A DNA stretch of 64,000 nt from Bifidobacteriaceae bacterium (GCA_031272885.1 JAISSX010000018.1:47185-111184), one strand, 5' to 3'. Positions 46,070 to 54,872 are shown, counted from the stretch's first letter. Program-made: numbers and translations. The notes: a model not told the origin generated them from the letters alone.

Positions 46070-47830
46070 TCACTCGCCGCCGGCCGGATCGGCCAGTTCC
46101 AGCGTGTTGGCCAACAGTTGTTGGGTGTAGGGGTGTTCAGGCGTGGCGAAAAGCTGCTCTACCAGGGCCGATTCGACAATGCGGCCCTTTTCCAGCACGT
46201 CCGCCCGGTGGGCAATCGACCGGACCACCGCCAGGTTGTGGGTCACGAACAGCATGCTGAGGCCGTCCTCCAGCAGGCCCCGCAGCAGCTCGATGACGGA
46301 CGCCTGCACGGACACGTCCAGGGCGCTGGTGACCTCGTCGCACAGCAACACCTTGGGGTGGCAGACCAGCGCCCGGGCGATGGCGGCCCGTTGGCGCTGC
46401 CCGCCGGACAGCTCGGCCGGGTAGCGCCCCGCCAGTGCGGCCGGCAGTTCCACCCGTTCGAGGGCGGCGTTGACTTCGGCCTGCACCGCCTTGCCGCTGA
46501 CGCCGCCCAAGAACTTGACCGCCACGCCGATCGAATCCCCCACGGTGCGGCGCGGGTTGAGCGAGGCGTACGGGTTCTGGAAGATGTACTGGATGTCGCG
46601 GCGCTGCTCCGGCGTACGCTGGCGCGCCAGCGGCTCCAGGTAGTCGCCGAACACCAGCACCTCGCCGGCCTGGCGTTCATGCAGGCCGATCAGGCAGCGT
46701 GCCAGGGTGGTTTTGCCGCTACCGGACTCCCCCACCAGGGCCACGCATTCACCCGGACCCACCGCGAACGAGACATCATGCAGCACCTGGGTGTGGCCGT
46801 AGCCGGCCGCCAGGTTCTTCACCAGCAGGGCGGCTTCTTTCTGGTCCGCCGCCGGCTCGGCCTCGTCTACGATCACCCGCGGGGCAGCCGGCGGCGGGGT
46901 GCTCAGGATGCAACGCACCTGCCCGCCATCGGGATAGTCCGCCAGCCCGATGGCGTCCGTTTGGCAGCGCTCCTGCGCCAGTGCGCAGCGCTCGTAGAAG
47001 ACACAGCCCTGGCGCTTGGGGCTCAGTTCGGCCGCCCGGCCCGGGATGGCGCTGAGGCGCAGGCGGCGGCGCACCGAGGGGACGGCATCGATCAATGCCC
47101 TGGTGTACGGGTGGCGCGGCGCGGTGGTGACCTGTTCGGCCTCCCCCACCTCGACAAACTGCCCGCCGTACATGACCGCGATGCGGTCCGCCACATCGGC
47201 CACCACGGCCAGGTCATGCGAGATGTAGATGGCCGCCATCTGGCGCTGTTGGCATAGGTTGTCCACCAGTTCCAGGACCCGGGCCTGGGTGGTCACGTCC
47301 AGGCCGGTGGTGGGCTCGTCTAGCACCAGCAGGCCGGGTCCGGGGGCAATCGCCATGGCCAGAGCCACGCGCTGCTGCTGCCCGCCGGACAGGGCGGCCG
47401 GGTGGCGGCGGCTGAACTCTCTGGTAGACGGCAGGCCAACTGATTCCAGGGCGGCCTGCACGATGGCGGGCCGCTCCTTCAGCGGTTCGGTTAGGACTTC
47501 GGAGATCTGGTGCTCGATAGACAGTTTGGGGTTAAGCGCGGTGGCCGGGTCTTGCGGCACATAGGCCACCGTGCCGCCCCGGGCCAGGCGTAGCGGCCGG
47601 CCGGTCAGCTTCAACATGTCGGTGCCGCCCACCACCACCTGGCCGGCCGTGATGTGGGCGCCCTGGCGGGCGTAGGCCAGCAGGGCCAAGGCCAGCGTCG
47701 ACTTGCCGGAGCCGGACTCCCCCACCACACCCAGAACCTGGCCGGCTTCCAGATCCAAGGAGGCGTCATCGACAATCAGGCTGCCATCCCCGATGGCCAC
47801 CGTCAGGCCCCTGACCTCTACGTACGCCAT
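46070..47830 (-). CDS. Fused double ATP-binding protein of a Dpp/Opp-type ABC importer
   Basis: Two nucleotide-binding domains (NBDs): GESGSGKSTLALALL...LSGGQQQRVALAMA...LVLDEPTTGLD, and GESGSGKTTLARCL...LSGGQRQRAAIARAL...LLCDEVTSALD. Confidence 0.92.
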   Translation of the reverse strand: MAYVEVRGLTVAIGDGSLIVDDASLDLEAGQVLGVVGESGSGKSTLALALLAYARQGAHITAGQVVVGGTDMLKLTGRPLRLARGGTVAYVPQDPATALNPKLSIEHQISEVLTEPLKERPAIVQAALESVGLPSTREFSRRHPAALSGGQQQRVALAMAIAPGPGLLVLDEPTTGLDVTTQARVLELVDNLCQQRQMAAIYISHDLAVVADVADRIAVMYGGQFVEVGEAEQVTTAPRHPYTRALIDAVPSVRRRLRLSAIPGRAAELSPKRQGCVFYERCALAQERCQTDAIGLADYPDGGQVRCILSTPPPAAPRVIVDEAEPAADQKEAALLVKNLAAGYGHTQVLHDVSFAVGPGECVALVGESGSGKTTLARCLIGLHERQAGEVLVFGDYLEPLARQRTPEQRRDIQYIFQNPYASLNPRRTVGDSIGVAVKFLGGVSGKAVQAEVNAALERVELPAALAGRYPAELSGGQRQRAAIARALVCHPKVLLCDEVTSALDVSVQASVIELLRGLLEDGLSMLFVTHNLAVVRSIAHRADVLEKGRIVESALVEQLFATPEHPYTQQLLANTLELADPAGGE

Positions 47831-47833
47831 CGT

Positions 47834-48721
47834 CTACTTGTCCTTCTCGGTGCGGGCCACCACGCGGGCGGCGCCCTCGGCCATGATGTTCGAGCCGATG
47901 GTGAACAGAACAATGACGATAATCGGAGCGATCACCGCCCACGGCTGGCCCTGCAGGCCGTTGCGGTTCTCCTCGATCATGGTGCCCCAGTCGAACGCGG
48001 GGTACTGGATGCCGTAGCCCAGGTAGCTGATCGACGCCAGCGAGCCGATAGCCCACATCAGGCGCATGCCCAGCTCCACCATCAGGGGCGACCAGATGTT
48101 GGGCAGGTACTCGCGCAGCAGGATGCGCCGCGCCGGAATGCCGGCGGCCGTGGCCCATAAGACGTATTCGCGCTGCTTCAGCGGCAGGGCGGCGCCGCGC
48201 AGCACGCGGGCCACGCCCGGCACCATGCCGATCACCACCAGCAGCACCAGCAGCCACGGCTGGGGGCCCACCATGGAGACGAACAGAATGATGAACACCA
48301 CCAGCGGGAACGCCAGCAGCACGTCCATCAGGCGCATCAGGATCATGTCGACGGCGCCGCCGTAGTAGGCCGCCACCACGCCCACCAGAGCCCCGATCAG
48401 GACGGACAAGACGGCGCTAAGCGGCGCCATCCAAGCCAGGTGGGTGCCGCCGGCCAGGACTCTTGACAGAACGTCGTAGCCAAGGTGCTCGGTGCCCAGC
48501 GGGTATTCGGCGCTTGGTGCCTCGTAGAGTCCGGCCACGGATTCGGTGGGGCTCATCGGTGCCAGGTAGGGACCGACAATGGCAAAGGCGACCATAATAA
48601 TGGTCAGCGCCAGGCCAATCTGCACCTGGCGGGAGCGGAGCACCCTGGCCAGGTCGGAGCGGGCAAAACGCGACGGAGACTTGGGTGAGGTGCCTGTTGC
48701 AGCCAGGTCAGCGGTCGCCAT
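47834..48721 (-). CDS. ABC importer permease (DppC/OppC-like)
   Basis: 6-TM BPD-transport permease of 295 aa. Tightly packed between the ATPase gene and the second permease gene. Confidence 0.88.
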   Translation of the reverse strand: MATADLAATGTSPKSPSRFARSDLARVLRSRQVQIGLALTIIMVAFAIVGPYLAPMSPTESVAGLYEAPSAEYPLGTEHLGYDVLSRVLAGGTHLAWMAPLSAVLSVLIGALVGVVAAYYGGAVDMILMRLMDVLLAFPLVVFIILFVSMVGPQPWLLVLLVVIGMVPGVARVLRGAALPLKQREYVLWATAAGIPARRILLREYLPNIWSPLMVELGMRLMWAIGSLASISYLGYGIQYPAFDWGTMIEENRNGLQGQPWAVIAPIIVIVLFTIGSNIMAEGAARVVARTEKDK

Positions 48722-48727
48722 CGTGCA

Positions 48728-49714
48728 TCACCGCCTCTCCAACGCGTCCGCCAGGCGGTTGAAGAAGAAGTAGCTGACCGCGACTATCAGCACCAGGGCC
48801 TGGATCACAGGCAGGTTCTGGTTGCCCAACGACTCCACCAACAGCATGCCGATGCCGGGGTAGTTGAAGACGTACTCCACCACCACCACGCCACCGATGG
48901 TGAAGGCCGCCACCAGGGAGGCGGCCGGAATGGCAGCCGCCAAGGCGTTGGGCAGGGCATGGCGGAACGTGATGACACGCTGTGACATGCCCTTGAGGCG
49001 CGCCATTTCGATGTATTCGGAATTGGTGACGTCGATGAACGAAACCCGCACCAGGCGGCCCAGGTAGAAGACACCGCTGATGGAAAGGGTGGCCACCGGC
49101 AGGATCATGGCGGACAGGTGCTGCCAGGGGTTATCCCCCACCGGGATGATCGAAACCGGCGGCAGCAGGTGGGACACGTTGGTGGCGAGCAGGGCAATCA
49201 GCAGGGTGCCGATAATGAAATCCGGCAGCGCGTTGATCACCATCGACACGCCCAGGAAGCCCTTGTCGAACCAGGAATCCTTGTGGGTGGCCGCCGCCAC
49301 ACCCACCAACAGCGACAGCGGGATGATAACCAGCATGGCGGCCAGCGCCAGCGACAGGGAGTTGACCAGGCGTTCGCCGATCAGCGAGGTGACCGGTTCG
49401 TGGTTGGCCAGCGATTCGCCGAAGTCGCCGTGCAGCACGCCACTCAGCCAGTCCCAGTACTGCACCAGCAGCGGCCGATTCAGGCCCAGTTGTTCGCGTA
49501 GCACGGCCAGGCGGTCCGGGGTGGCCGTCTTGCCCAGGATCATCTTGGCCACATCCCCCGGCAGGGCCTGCGTGGCAAAGAACACCAGGGCGCTGACCAG
49601 GAACAACGTCACCACACCCTGGGCCACCAGGCTGCCCAGGCGGCGCAACCGGTGGCCACCACGCTTGCCCTGCCGGGCGGTGGTGGCCACCGGTATCAAC
49701 GTCAGATCCGCCAT
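48728..49714 (-). CDS. ABC importer permease (DppB/OppB-like)
   Basis: 328 aa with a typical DppB-like layout (N-terminal TM, then ALPGDVAKMILG..., EYIEMARLKGMSQRVI EAA-loop). Confidence 0.88.
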   Translation of the reverse strand: MADLTLIPVATTARQGKRGGHRLRRLGSLVAQGVVTLFLVSALVFFATQALPGDVAKMILGKTATPDRLAVLREQLGLNRPLLVQYWDWLSGVLHGDFGESLANHEPVTSLIGERLVNSLSLALAAMLVIIPLSLLVGVAAATHKDSWFDKGFLGVSMVINALPDFIIGTLLIALLATNVSHLLPPVSIIPVGDNPWQHLSAMILPVATLSISGVFYLGRLVRVSFIDVTNSEYIEMARLKGMSQRVITFRHALPNALAAAIPAASLVAAFTIGGVVVVEYVFNYPGIGMLLVESLGNQNLPVIQALVLIVAVSYFFFNRLADALERR

Positions 49715-49770
49715 CGTCGCTAACCAGTCAATAGTTGGGTCGGTTCGGCTTGCCTACCGAAGACTACCGA

Positions 49771-51414
49771 CTAATCAACCGTGACGCCTGCGTAGCTGAA
49801 GCTGGTGCGGTTGTAGAGGTCTTGCTGCAGGCCATGGACCCTATCCCGGTACGGCGTGACGTCGATCTGGTAGACCGGCACAATGACGCTGCCGCGCTCG
49901 TATTCGATCAACTGCATGGCCTCGATGTACTGGCACTGTTCGGCCGCCACCGCGGTGGCTTCCATCTGTTCGTGCAGTTCGTTGAACTCCGGGTCATCGA
50001 AGTGGGTGGCGTTGTCCTCACCGCCGGGCAGGAAGTGGGAACTGGACATCTCCGGGTAGGACGAGCCAGACCAGTTGATGACAAACTGCCACTCCAGCCA
50101 GTTGTCCAGGAAGGTGGCGGCGTCAAGCTGGCGCGGTTCCACAATGACGCCGATTTTGGCCGCTTCCTGGGCGAACAGCTCGGCTGTTTCGTACATGCCC
50201 GGGTTGAAGGCGTCGGTCACCAATTCGACCGTGAGCGGGTTGGATTCGTCGTAACCGGCTTCGGCCAGGAGCTGCTTGGCGCCTTCCAGGTCCTGCTCGC
50301 GTTGCGGCACGTCCGGCGGGGCACAGGCGGTGTTGTTGCCGTTGATGTCGTTGGCCACCACGGCGTAGCCACCGTAGGCGTTGTCCACCGTCAACTGGCG
50401 GTTGATGATCAGGCGGAAGGCTTCGCGGACGCGGTCGTCGCTGAAGGGCTCCATGGCGGTGTTCATGTCCAGCGTCAAGTGGGCGGCCGATTCGCTTTCG
50501 ATCAGCGAGATGCCGTCGGTGGTGGCAAAGGCCTTGGCGTCTGTCATGGGCACCGAGTGGGCCACATCGATCTGCCCGCCACGCAGGGCGTTGGCCACCG
50601 CTTCCTGATCAGCGAAGAACTGGATGGTCAGGTCGGTGAAACCGGGCTTCTCGCCCCAATAGTCCTCGAAGCGCTTGAAGGTGGCCTCGCGGCCGGGGGT
50701 GAACGAGACCAGTTCGAACATGCCCGTGCCGTCCGGGTTGCCGTCCAGTTCATACTGGCTGGTCATCTTCAGCCGTTCGCGCCCCATCAGTTCGGGGAAC
50801 ATGCCGTAGGGCCGGCTGAGCGGAATCTCAACCGTCAGGTCGTCGATCTTCTTGATGCCGTCCAGTTCGACCATGGCAATGTGGTAGGCCGCGGCGTAGG
50901 GGTGTTCCTCGTCCAGCATGCGTTGGAACGAGTAGATCACGTCATCGGCCGTGAAGTCGTGGCCACCGTGGGTCTTGATGCCTGCCTTCAGCTTGATGGT
51001 CCACACGTCCAGGGTCTCGTTGGGGGTGAAGGATTCGGCCAGCGCCATCTCGACACCGCCGTCGTGGGTGATATAGGTCAGGCCGTCGTAGACCTGGGTC
51101 CACACGGCCAGGCCGGACAGGGATGACTGCTCCGAATACGGGTCAACCTGGTCGGCCGAGTTGCCGATCACGCCCAGGGTCAGGTGGCCTTCGCCGCCAC
51201 CTTCGGTGGTGGTGCCGGCGCTGTCGGAGCCGTCGCCTTCGTTTGCGGTGGTGGCAGCGTCGCCGGTGGCAGTGGCTGAGCCGGAGGAGGCGGCGTCATC
51301 GGACTTGTCGCTGCCGCAGGCGGTCAGCATCATGGGCAGGGCGATCAGGCCGGCCGCCGCCAGGGCGAGGGCGCGGCGCGGGTAACGGGTTGCTAGATTG
51401 GTGGGGACGCGCAT
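49771..51414 (-). CDS. Family-5 (peptide/nickel/opine-type) solute-binding lipoprotein
   Basis: AAGGAG ribosome-binding site 8 nt before the ATG at 51414. Signal peptide and lipobox MRVPTNLATRYPRRALALAAAGLIALPMMLTACGS. About 547 aa, a typical SBP_bac_5 size. Confidence 0.88.
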   Translation of the reverse strand: MRVPTNLATRYPRRALALAAAGLIALPMMLTACGSDKSDDAASSGSATATGDAATTANEGDGSDSAGTTTEGGGEGHLTLGVIGNSADQVDPYSEQSSLSGLAVWTQVYDGLTYITHDGGVEMALAESFTPNETLDVWTIKLKAGIKTHGGHDFTADDVIYSFQRMLDEEHPYAAAYHIAMVELDGIKKIDDLTVEIPLSRPYGMFPELMGRERLKMTSQYELDGNPDGTGMFELVSFTPGREATFKRFEDYWGEKPGFTDLTIQFFADQEAVANALRGGQIDVAHSVPMTDAKAFATTDGISLIESESAAHLTLDMNTAMEPFSDDRVREAFRLIINRQLTVDNAYGGYAVVANDINGNNTACAPPDVPQREQDLEGAKQLLAEAGYDESNPLTVELVTDAFNPGMYETAELFAQEAAKIGVIVEPRQLDAATFLDNWLEWQFVINWSGSSYPEMSSSHFLPGGEDNATHFDDPEFNELHEQMEATAVAAEQCQYIEAMQLIEYERGSVIVPVYQIDVTPYRDRVHGLQQDLYNRTSFSYAGVTVD

Positions 51415-51541
51415 GACGGGCTTCTCCTTGGTGACGTTGGGGGTCATCTTGGTGCCAAGCTAGCGACGGCGTGTTACGGCCGCGTTTAGTTTCCCTTTCC
51501 GTCTGATGGCGTTTTGTTGCCGCCTGATGGCATCTTCCCGG

Positions 51542-51553
51542 GAACCGCGGTTC
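51542..51553. promoter_or_regulatory. Perfect 12-bp palindrome GAACCGCGGTTC upstream of the transporter/AcnX operon (candidate IclR operator)
   Basis: Read directly. It lies about 130 nt upstream of the solute-binding-protein start codon. Confidence 0.25.
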
Positions 51554-51614
51554 TGGTTGTCTACCGGCCCACGCTGGCCGATGGCGTCCATACAGTTTCG
51601 GTTGGGCTGGACGG

Positions 51615-52172
51615 TCAGGCGGTTGGGGCTGCTGACGCTGTGGCGGAGCCGTACCACATCTCCGTGTTGCACTGGCCGCAGGGCGCCGCGGGGTCGATCG
51701 GTTTGGTGCCCAACACCTTGATGCCGGCCTTCTCGGCGATGACACGCGAGGCGTCGTTGCCCACGGCGGCACACCAGTCCACCCGCCTCAGGCCCAGCCC
51801 GGCCGGGTCCAGGGCCCAGTTGACCACCGCGATGGTGGCAGCGGTGGCCACACCCTGACCGCGGGCTGCGGCCGCGATCCAGTAGCCCACTTCCGCAGTA
51901 CCTTCTTCGAGGTTGACGTCCTTCAAGCCGATCGAACCGATCGGCGGCCCGGCCGGCGTGCGGCGAATGGCCCAGTTGTAGGCCGAGTCTTCCGCCCAGT
52001 GCGGACCCACAATCTCCAAGAAGGCGACGGCGTGCTCGCGGGTATAGGGCCACGGCACGCGGGTCCACCGGCCGATCTCCGGATCTTGGCAGGCGGCTGT
52101 GACGTCCTCGACGTCCTCGGCCCGCCACTGGTTCAACACCAACCCCGGGGCACTGAGCGGTTGAAACTCCAC
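51615..52172 (-). CDS. GNAT-family N-acetyltransferase (RimJ/RimL-like)
   Basis: LVLNQWRAEDVEDVTAACQDPEIGRWTRVPWPYTREHAVAFLE...GYWIAAAARGQGVATAA is the Acetyltransf_3-type pattern. Confidence 0.8.
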   Translation of the reverse strand: MEFQPLSAPGLVLNQWRAEDVEDVTAACQDPEIGRWTRVPWPYTREHAVAFLEIVGPHWAEDSAYNWAIRRTPAGPPIGSIGLKDVNLEEGTAEVGYWIAAAARGQGVATAATIAVVNWALDPAGLGLRRVDWCAAVGNDASRVIAEKAGIKVLGTKPIDPAAPCGQCNTEMWYGSATASAAPTA

Positions 52173-52187
52173 GCCTGGAGCCTACAA

Positions 52188-52352
52188 CCCTCCCCCCCTC
52201 TCCCTCACGAAAGGTCACTTTTCTGGCGCGAAAGGTCAATTCTGCCCGTCGGTCATCCCCAACCGGATCCGGGCTTTCAGCGTCTCCGCAGGTCACAGCC
52301 CTGATGCCGATAACGTCAGGCAAGGCTCGGCAACAGGTTTGACCTTTCGTGC
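52188..52352. repeat. 165-bp intergenic element bounded by inverted CACGAAAGGTCA / TGACCTTTCGTG motifs, with a C-rich leader and an internal direct half-site
   Basis: Left end ccctccccccctctccctcacgaaaggtcac (52188-52218). An internal copy gcgcgaaaggtcaa lies at 52227-52240. Right end tttgacctttcgtgc (52338-52352). Confidence 0.75.
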
Positions 52353-52442
52353 AGTCACGGCAGCCCCGGCAGGTACGATGCCGGTGTGGGCATCCCGTAC
52401 GCGTAATCCCCCGGCCGCAAGCCGCCTGGCAAGAAGCGCCGC

Positions 52443-53177
52443 TTGGTGGGCACGATCATCGGCTTGAGCATTGGCGCGATAGTGGTTGCGTCCATGGCCG
52501 CCTTCTTTGTCCGCGCCGTCCAGGCGGGCCGCGCCGCCAAGATCGCCGCCACCACCGACTCGGCCGCCGCGGCCGAAAGCCTGACCGAAGACGTCCACAA
52601 CTCAGGCGAGGCCGAAGACCTGTTCGGGAACGTCCTGCTGTGGGGCAGAGACCCCACGGGGGACTGGGACACTACCTGGTCACAACAAGTCGACGAGGAT
52701 GGCCACGAAATCTATTCTAGGGACGACGTCGTCCACCTGCCGGAAAACTCGGATGACCTGGAACTGGAGCAGCCCTTCGCCGCTTTCCTGGTCGACATCC
52801 CCCACGAAGTCGAAGTAGAGGACGGCGAACAGGCCATCGAGATGGCCGAAGCCATCTTCACCGCTGGCGTGCGCGAAGAGTCCGCCCAGTTCGAGAACCT
52901 GGCCACCGCCGCTGTTGTCTACCGGAACATCACGGGCTGCTCCCTTTACTATGGCGAGTTCCAGAGAACCCACTGCCGGCAGGAAGCCACCATCTTCTAT
53001 TTCAACCTGGCCTATGAAGAGGTGATCGGTGTCGACTACTTCAAGGGCGAAGAACTGCCGGACTTGGTGGCCGCCGACCGGAAGACCGGCCCTTGGGAAG
53101 TGACCAACAAAGACCTGATCGAACACTGGCAGGACCGCCTGGGCATCGACCCTTCCACCGCCAGCCCCACCAAGTAG
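52443..53177 (+). CDS. Membrane-anchored acidic protein of unknown function (TTG/GTG start uncertain)
   Basis: N-terminal TM segment VGTIIGLSIGAIVVASMAAFFV followed by a ~200-aa Asp/Glu-rich domain. Composition is not shadow-like. Confidence 0.55.
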   Translation: MVGTIIGLSIGAIVVASMAAFFVRAVQAGRAAKIAATTDSAAAAESLTEDVHNSGEAEDLFGNVLLWGRDPTGDWDTTWSQQVDEDGHEIYSRDDVVHLPENSDDLELEQPFAAFLVDIPHEVEVEDGEQAIEMAEAIFTAGVREESAQFENLATAAVVYRNITGCSLYYGEFQRTHCRQEATIFYFNLAYEEVIGVDYFKGEELPDLVAADRKTGPWEVTNKDLIEHWQDRLGIDPSTASPTK

Positions 53178-53263
53178 GCAACGACCCTACCCGATGGCGT
53201 CCGGTCGCCAACCGGCAGGCAACCACGCGGCATCGGGCACCGCAGTCCGACCCGGGTCCCTTC

Positions 53264-53551
53264 GGGGGACGGTTCCGAGGTTACAGGGGACGGTTCCGGG
53301 GTTACAGGGGACGGTTCCGCGGAACGGGGTTGCGGGGGGGTACAGGGGACGGTTCCGAGGTTACAGGGGACAGTTCCGAGGTTACAGGGGACGGTTCCGG
53401 GTTACAGGGGACGGTTCCGGGTTACAGGGGACGGTTCCGTGTAACATCAGAGATGTTACACGGAACCGTCCCCTGTAACCCCCGCCACCTCAGCGCCGTC
53501 CCCTGTAACCCCGGAACCGTCCCCGGTAACCCCGGAACCGTCCCCTGTGAC
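53264..53551. repeat. Second giant palindromic repeat array: 8 tandem 20-21-bp (one 38-bp) G-rich units, a perfect 27-bp-stem central hairpin, and a shorter C-rich complementary arm
   Basis: Units GGGGACGGTTCCG(A/G)GGTTACA start at 53265, 53286, 53307, 53345, 53366, 53387, 53407 and 53427. The hairpin is gttacaggggacggttccgtgtaacat-cagag-atgttacacggaaccgtcccctgtaac (53421-53479). Confidence 0.92.
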
Positions 53552-53558
53552 AGACCGA

Positions 53559-54872
53559 TCAGGTGTCAGGCATCTGGCCGGACAGGAACTCGGTGTAGGC
53601 CGGCAGGTCAAGCTGACCGGAACCGGACACGCCGATCACGATGACGGGGCTCTCCCCCGCCTCGGTGGCCGCCCGCACCTGGCGCAGGGCACCGGCGATG
53701 GCGTGGTTGGACTCGGACGCGGGGATGATGCCTTCGGCGCGGGCGAACAACACGCCGGCCTCAAAGGCCTCGCGCTGCTTGACCGAGATGGCGCTCAGCA
53801 GCCCCTCATGGTAGGCGTGCGACACCAGCGGCGCCATGCCGTGATAGCGCAGGCCGCCGGCGTGCACCGGGTCCGGCACGAAGTCCTGCCCGAGGGTGTA
53901 CATCTTCAGCTTGGGGGTCATGCCGACGGTGTCGCCGAAGTCGTACTTGAACTCGCCTTCGGTCAGCGACGGCGCCGCCTTGGGCTCGCAGGCCACGATC
54001 TGGACGTGCTGGCGGCCTTCCAGGTTCTCGCGGATGAACGGGAACGAGATGCCGCCCAGGTTGGAGCCGCCACCGGCACAGGCGAACAAGTAGTCAACCG
54101 CCGGCTCTTCGAAGACAGCCAGTTGCTTCAGCACTTCCTGCCCGATGACGGTCTGGTGCAACAGCACGTGGTTCAGCACGGAGCCCAGCGAGTAGGAGGC
54201 GTTGGGGTCCTTGGCCGCTTCTTCGATGGCTTCCGAAATGGCCATGCCCAGCGAACCGGACGTGTCCGGGAACTTCAACCGCAGTTGGCGGCCCACCTCG
54301 GTCAGTTCCGATGGCGACCCAACGGCTTTGGCGCCGAACACGGCCATCTGGGCCGAACGGTACGGCTTGCCTTCAAACGAGGAACGCACCTGCCAGATGT
54401 CGCACTCCAGGCCGAACACCTCGGCCGCAAAGGCGAGGGCGGCGCCCCACTGGCCGGCGCCGGTTTCGGTGGTCAGCCGGGTGCGGCCGGCGATCTTGTT
54501 GAAGTAGGCCTGCGGCACGGACGAGTTGGCCTTGTGTGAACCGACCGGCGAGGCGCCCTCGTACTTGTAGTAGATGCGCGCTTTGGTGCCCAGGGCCTGC
54601 TCCAGGCGATACGCCCGGTAGAGCGGCGAGGGCCGCCACAGGCGGTAGATCTCACGGACGGCCTGGGGGATCTCGATCCAACGCTCGGCCGAGGCTTCCT
54701 GTTCGATCAGGCCCATGGGGAACAACGCGGTCAGATCGTCTGGCACCAGGGGTTCACCGGTGGCCGGGTGCAACGGCGGGGCCGGCGGAGTGGGAAAGTC
54801 AGGCACGATGTTGTACCAGTGGGTGGGGATCTCGTCTTCACCCAGTACGGCTTTGTACAGGTCTCTTGGCAT
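53559..54872 (-). CDS. TrpB2-type (TrpB-like) PLP-dependent tryptophan synthase beta-chain homolog, stand-alone
   Basis: N-terminus MPRDLYKAVLGEDEIPTHWYNIVPDFPTPPAPPLHPATGEPL is characteristic of the TrpB2 subfamily. The PLP-Lys context is YKYEGASPVGSHKANS; GGGSN is also present. No trpA or other trp genes are nearby. Confidence 0.85.
   Translation of the reverse strand: MPRDLYKAVLGEDEIPTHWYNIVPDFPTPPAPPLHPATGEPLVPDDLTALFPMGLIEQEASAERWIEIPQAVREIYRLWRPSPLYRAYRLEQALGTKARIYYKYEGASPVGSHKANSSVPQAYFNKIAGRTRLTTETGAGQWGAALAFAAEVFGLECDIWQVRSSFEGKPYRSAQMAVFGAKAVGSPSELTEVGRQLRLKFPDTSGSLGMAISEAIEEAAKDPNASYSLGSVLNHVLLHQTVIGQEVLKQLAVFEEPAVDYLFACAGGGSNLGGISFPFIRENLEGRQHVQIVACEPKAAPSLTEGEFKYDFGDTVGMTPKLKMYTLGQDFVPDPVHAGGLRYHGMAPLVSHAYHEGLLSAISVKQREAFEAGVLFARAEGIIPASESNHAIAGALRQVRAATEAGESPVIVIGVSGSGQLDLPAYTEFLSGQMPDT

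Noticed and set aside
53093-53644. 183-aa ORF encoding GYRGRFRG-type repeats, and the similar 63-aa ORF at 18226-18417
   Set aside because: These are translations of the non-coding G-rich tandem arrays. Their periodicity follows the DNA unit rather than codon structure, and they cross the stop codons of the real flanking genes.
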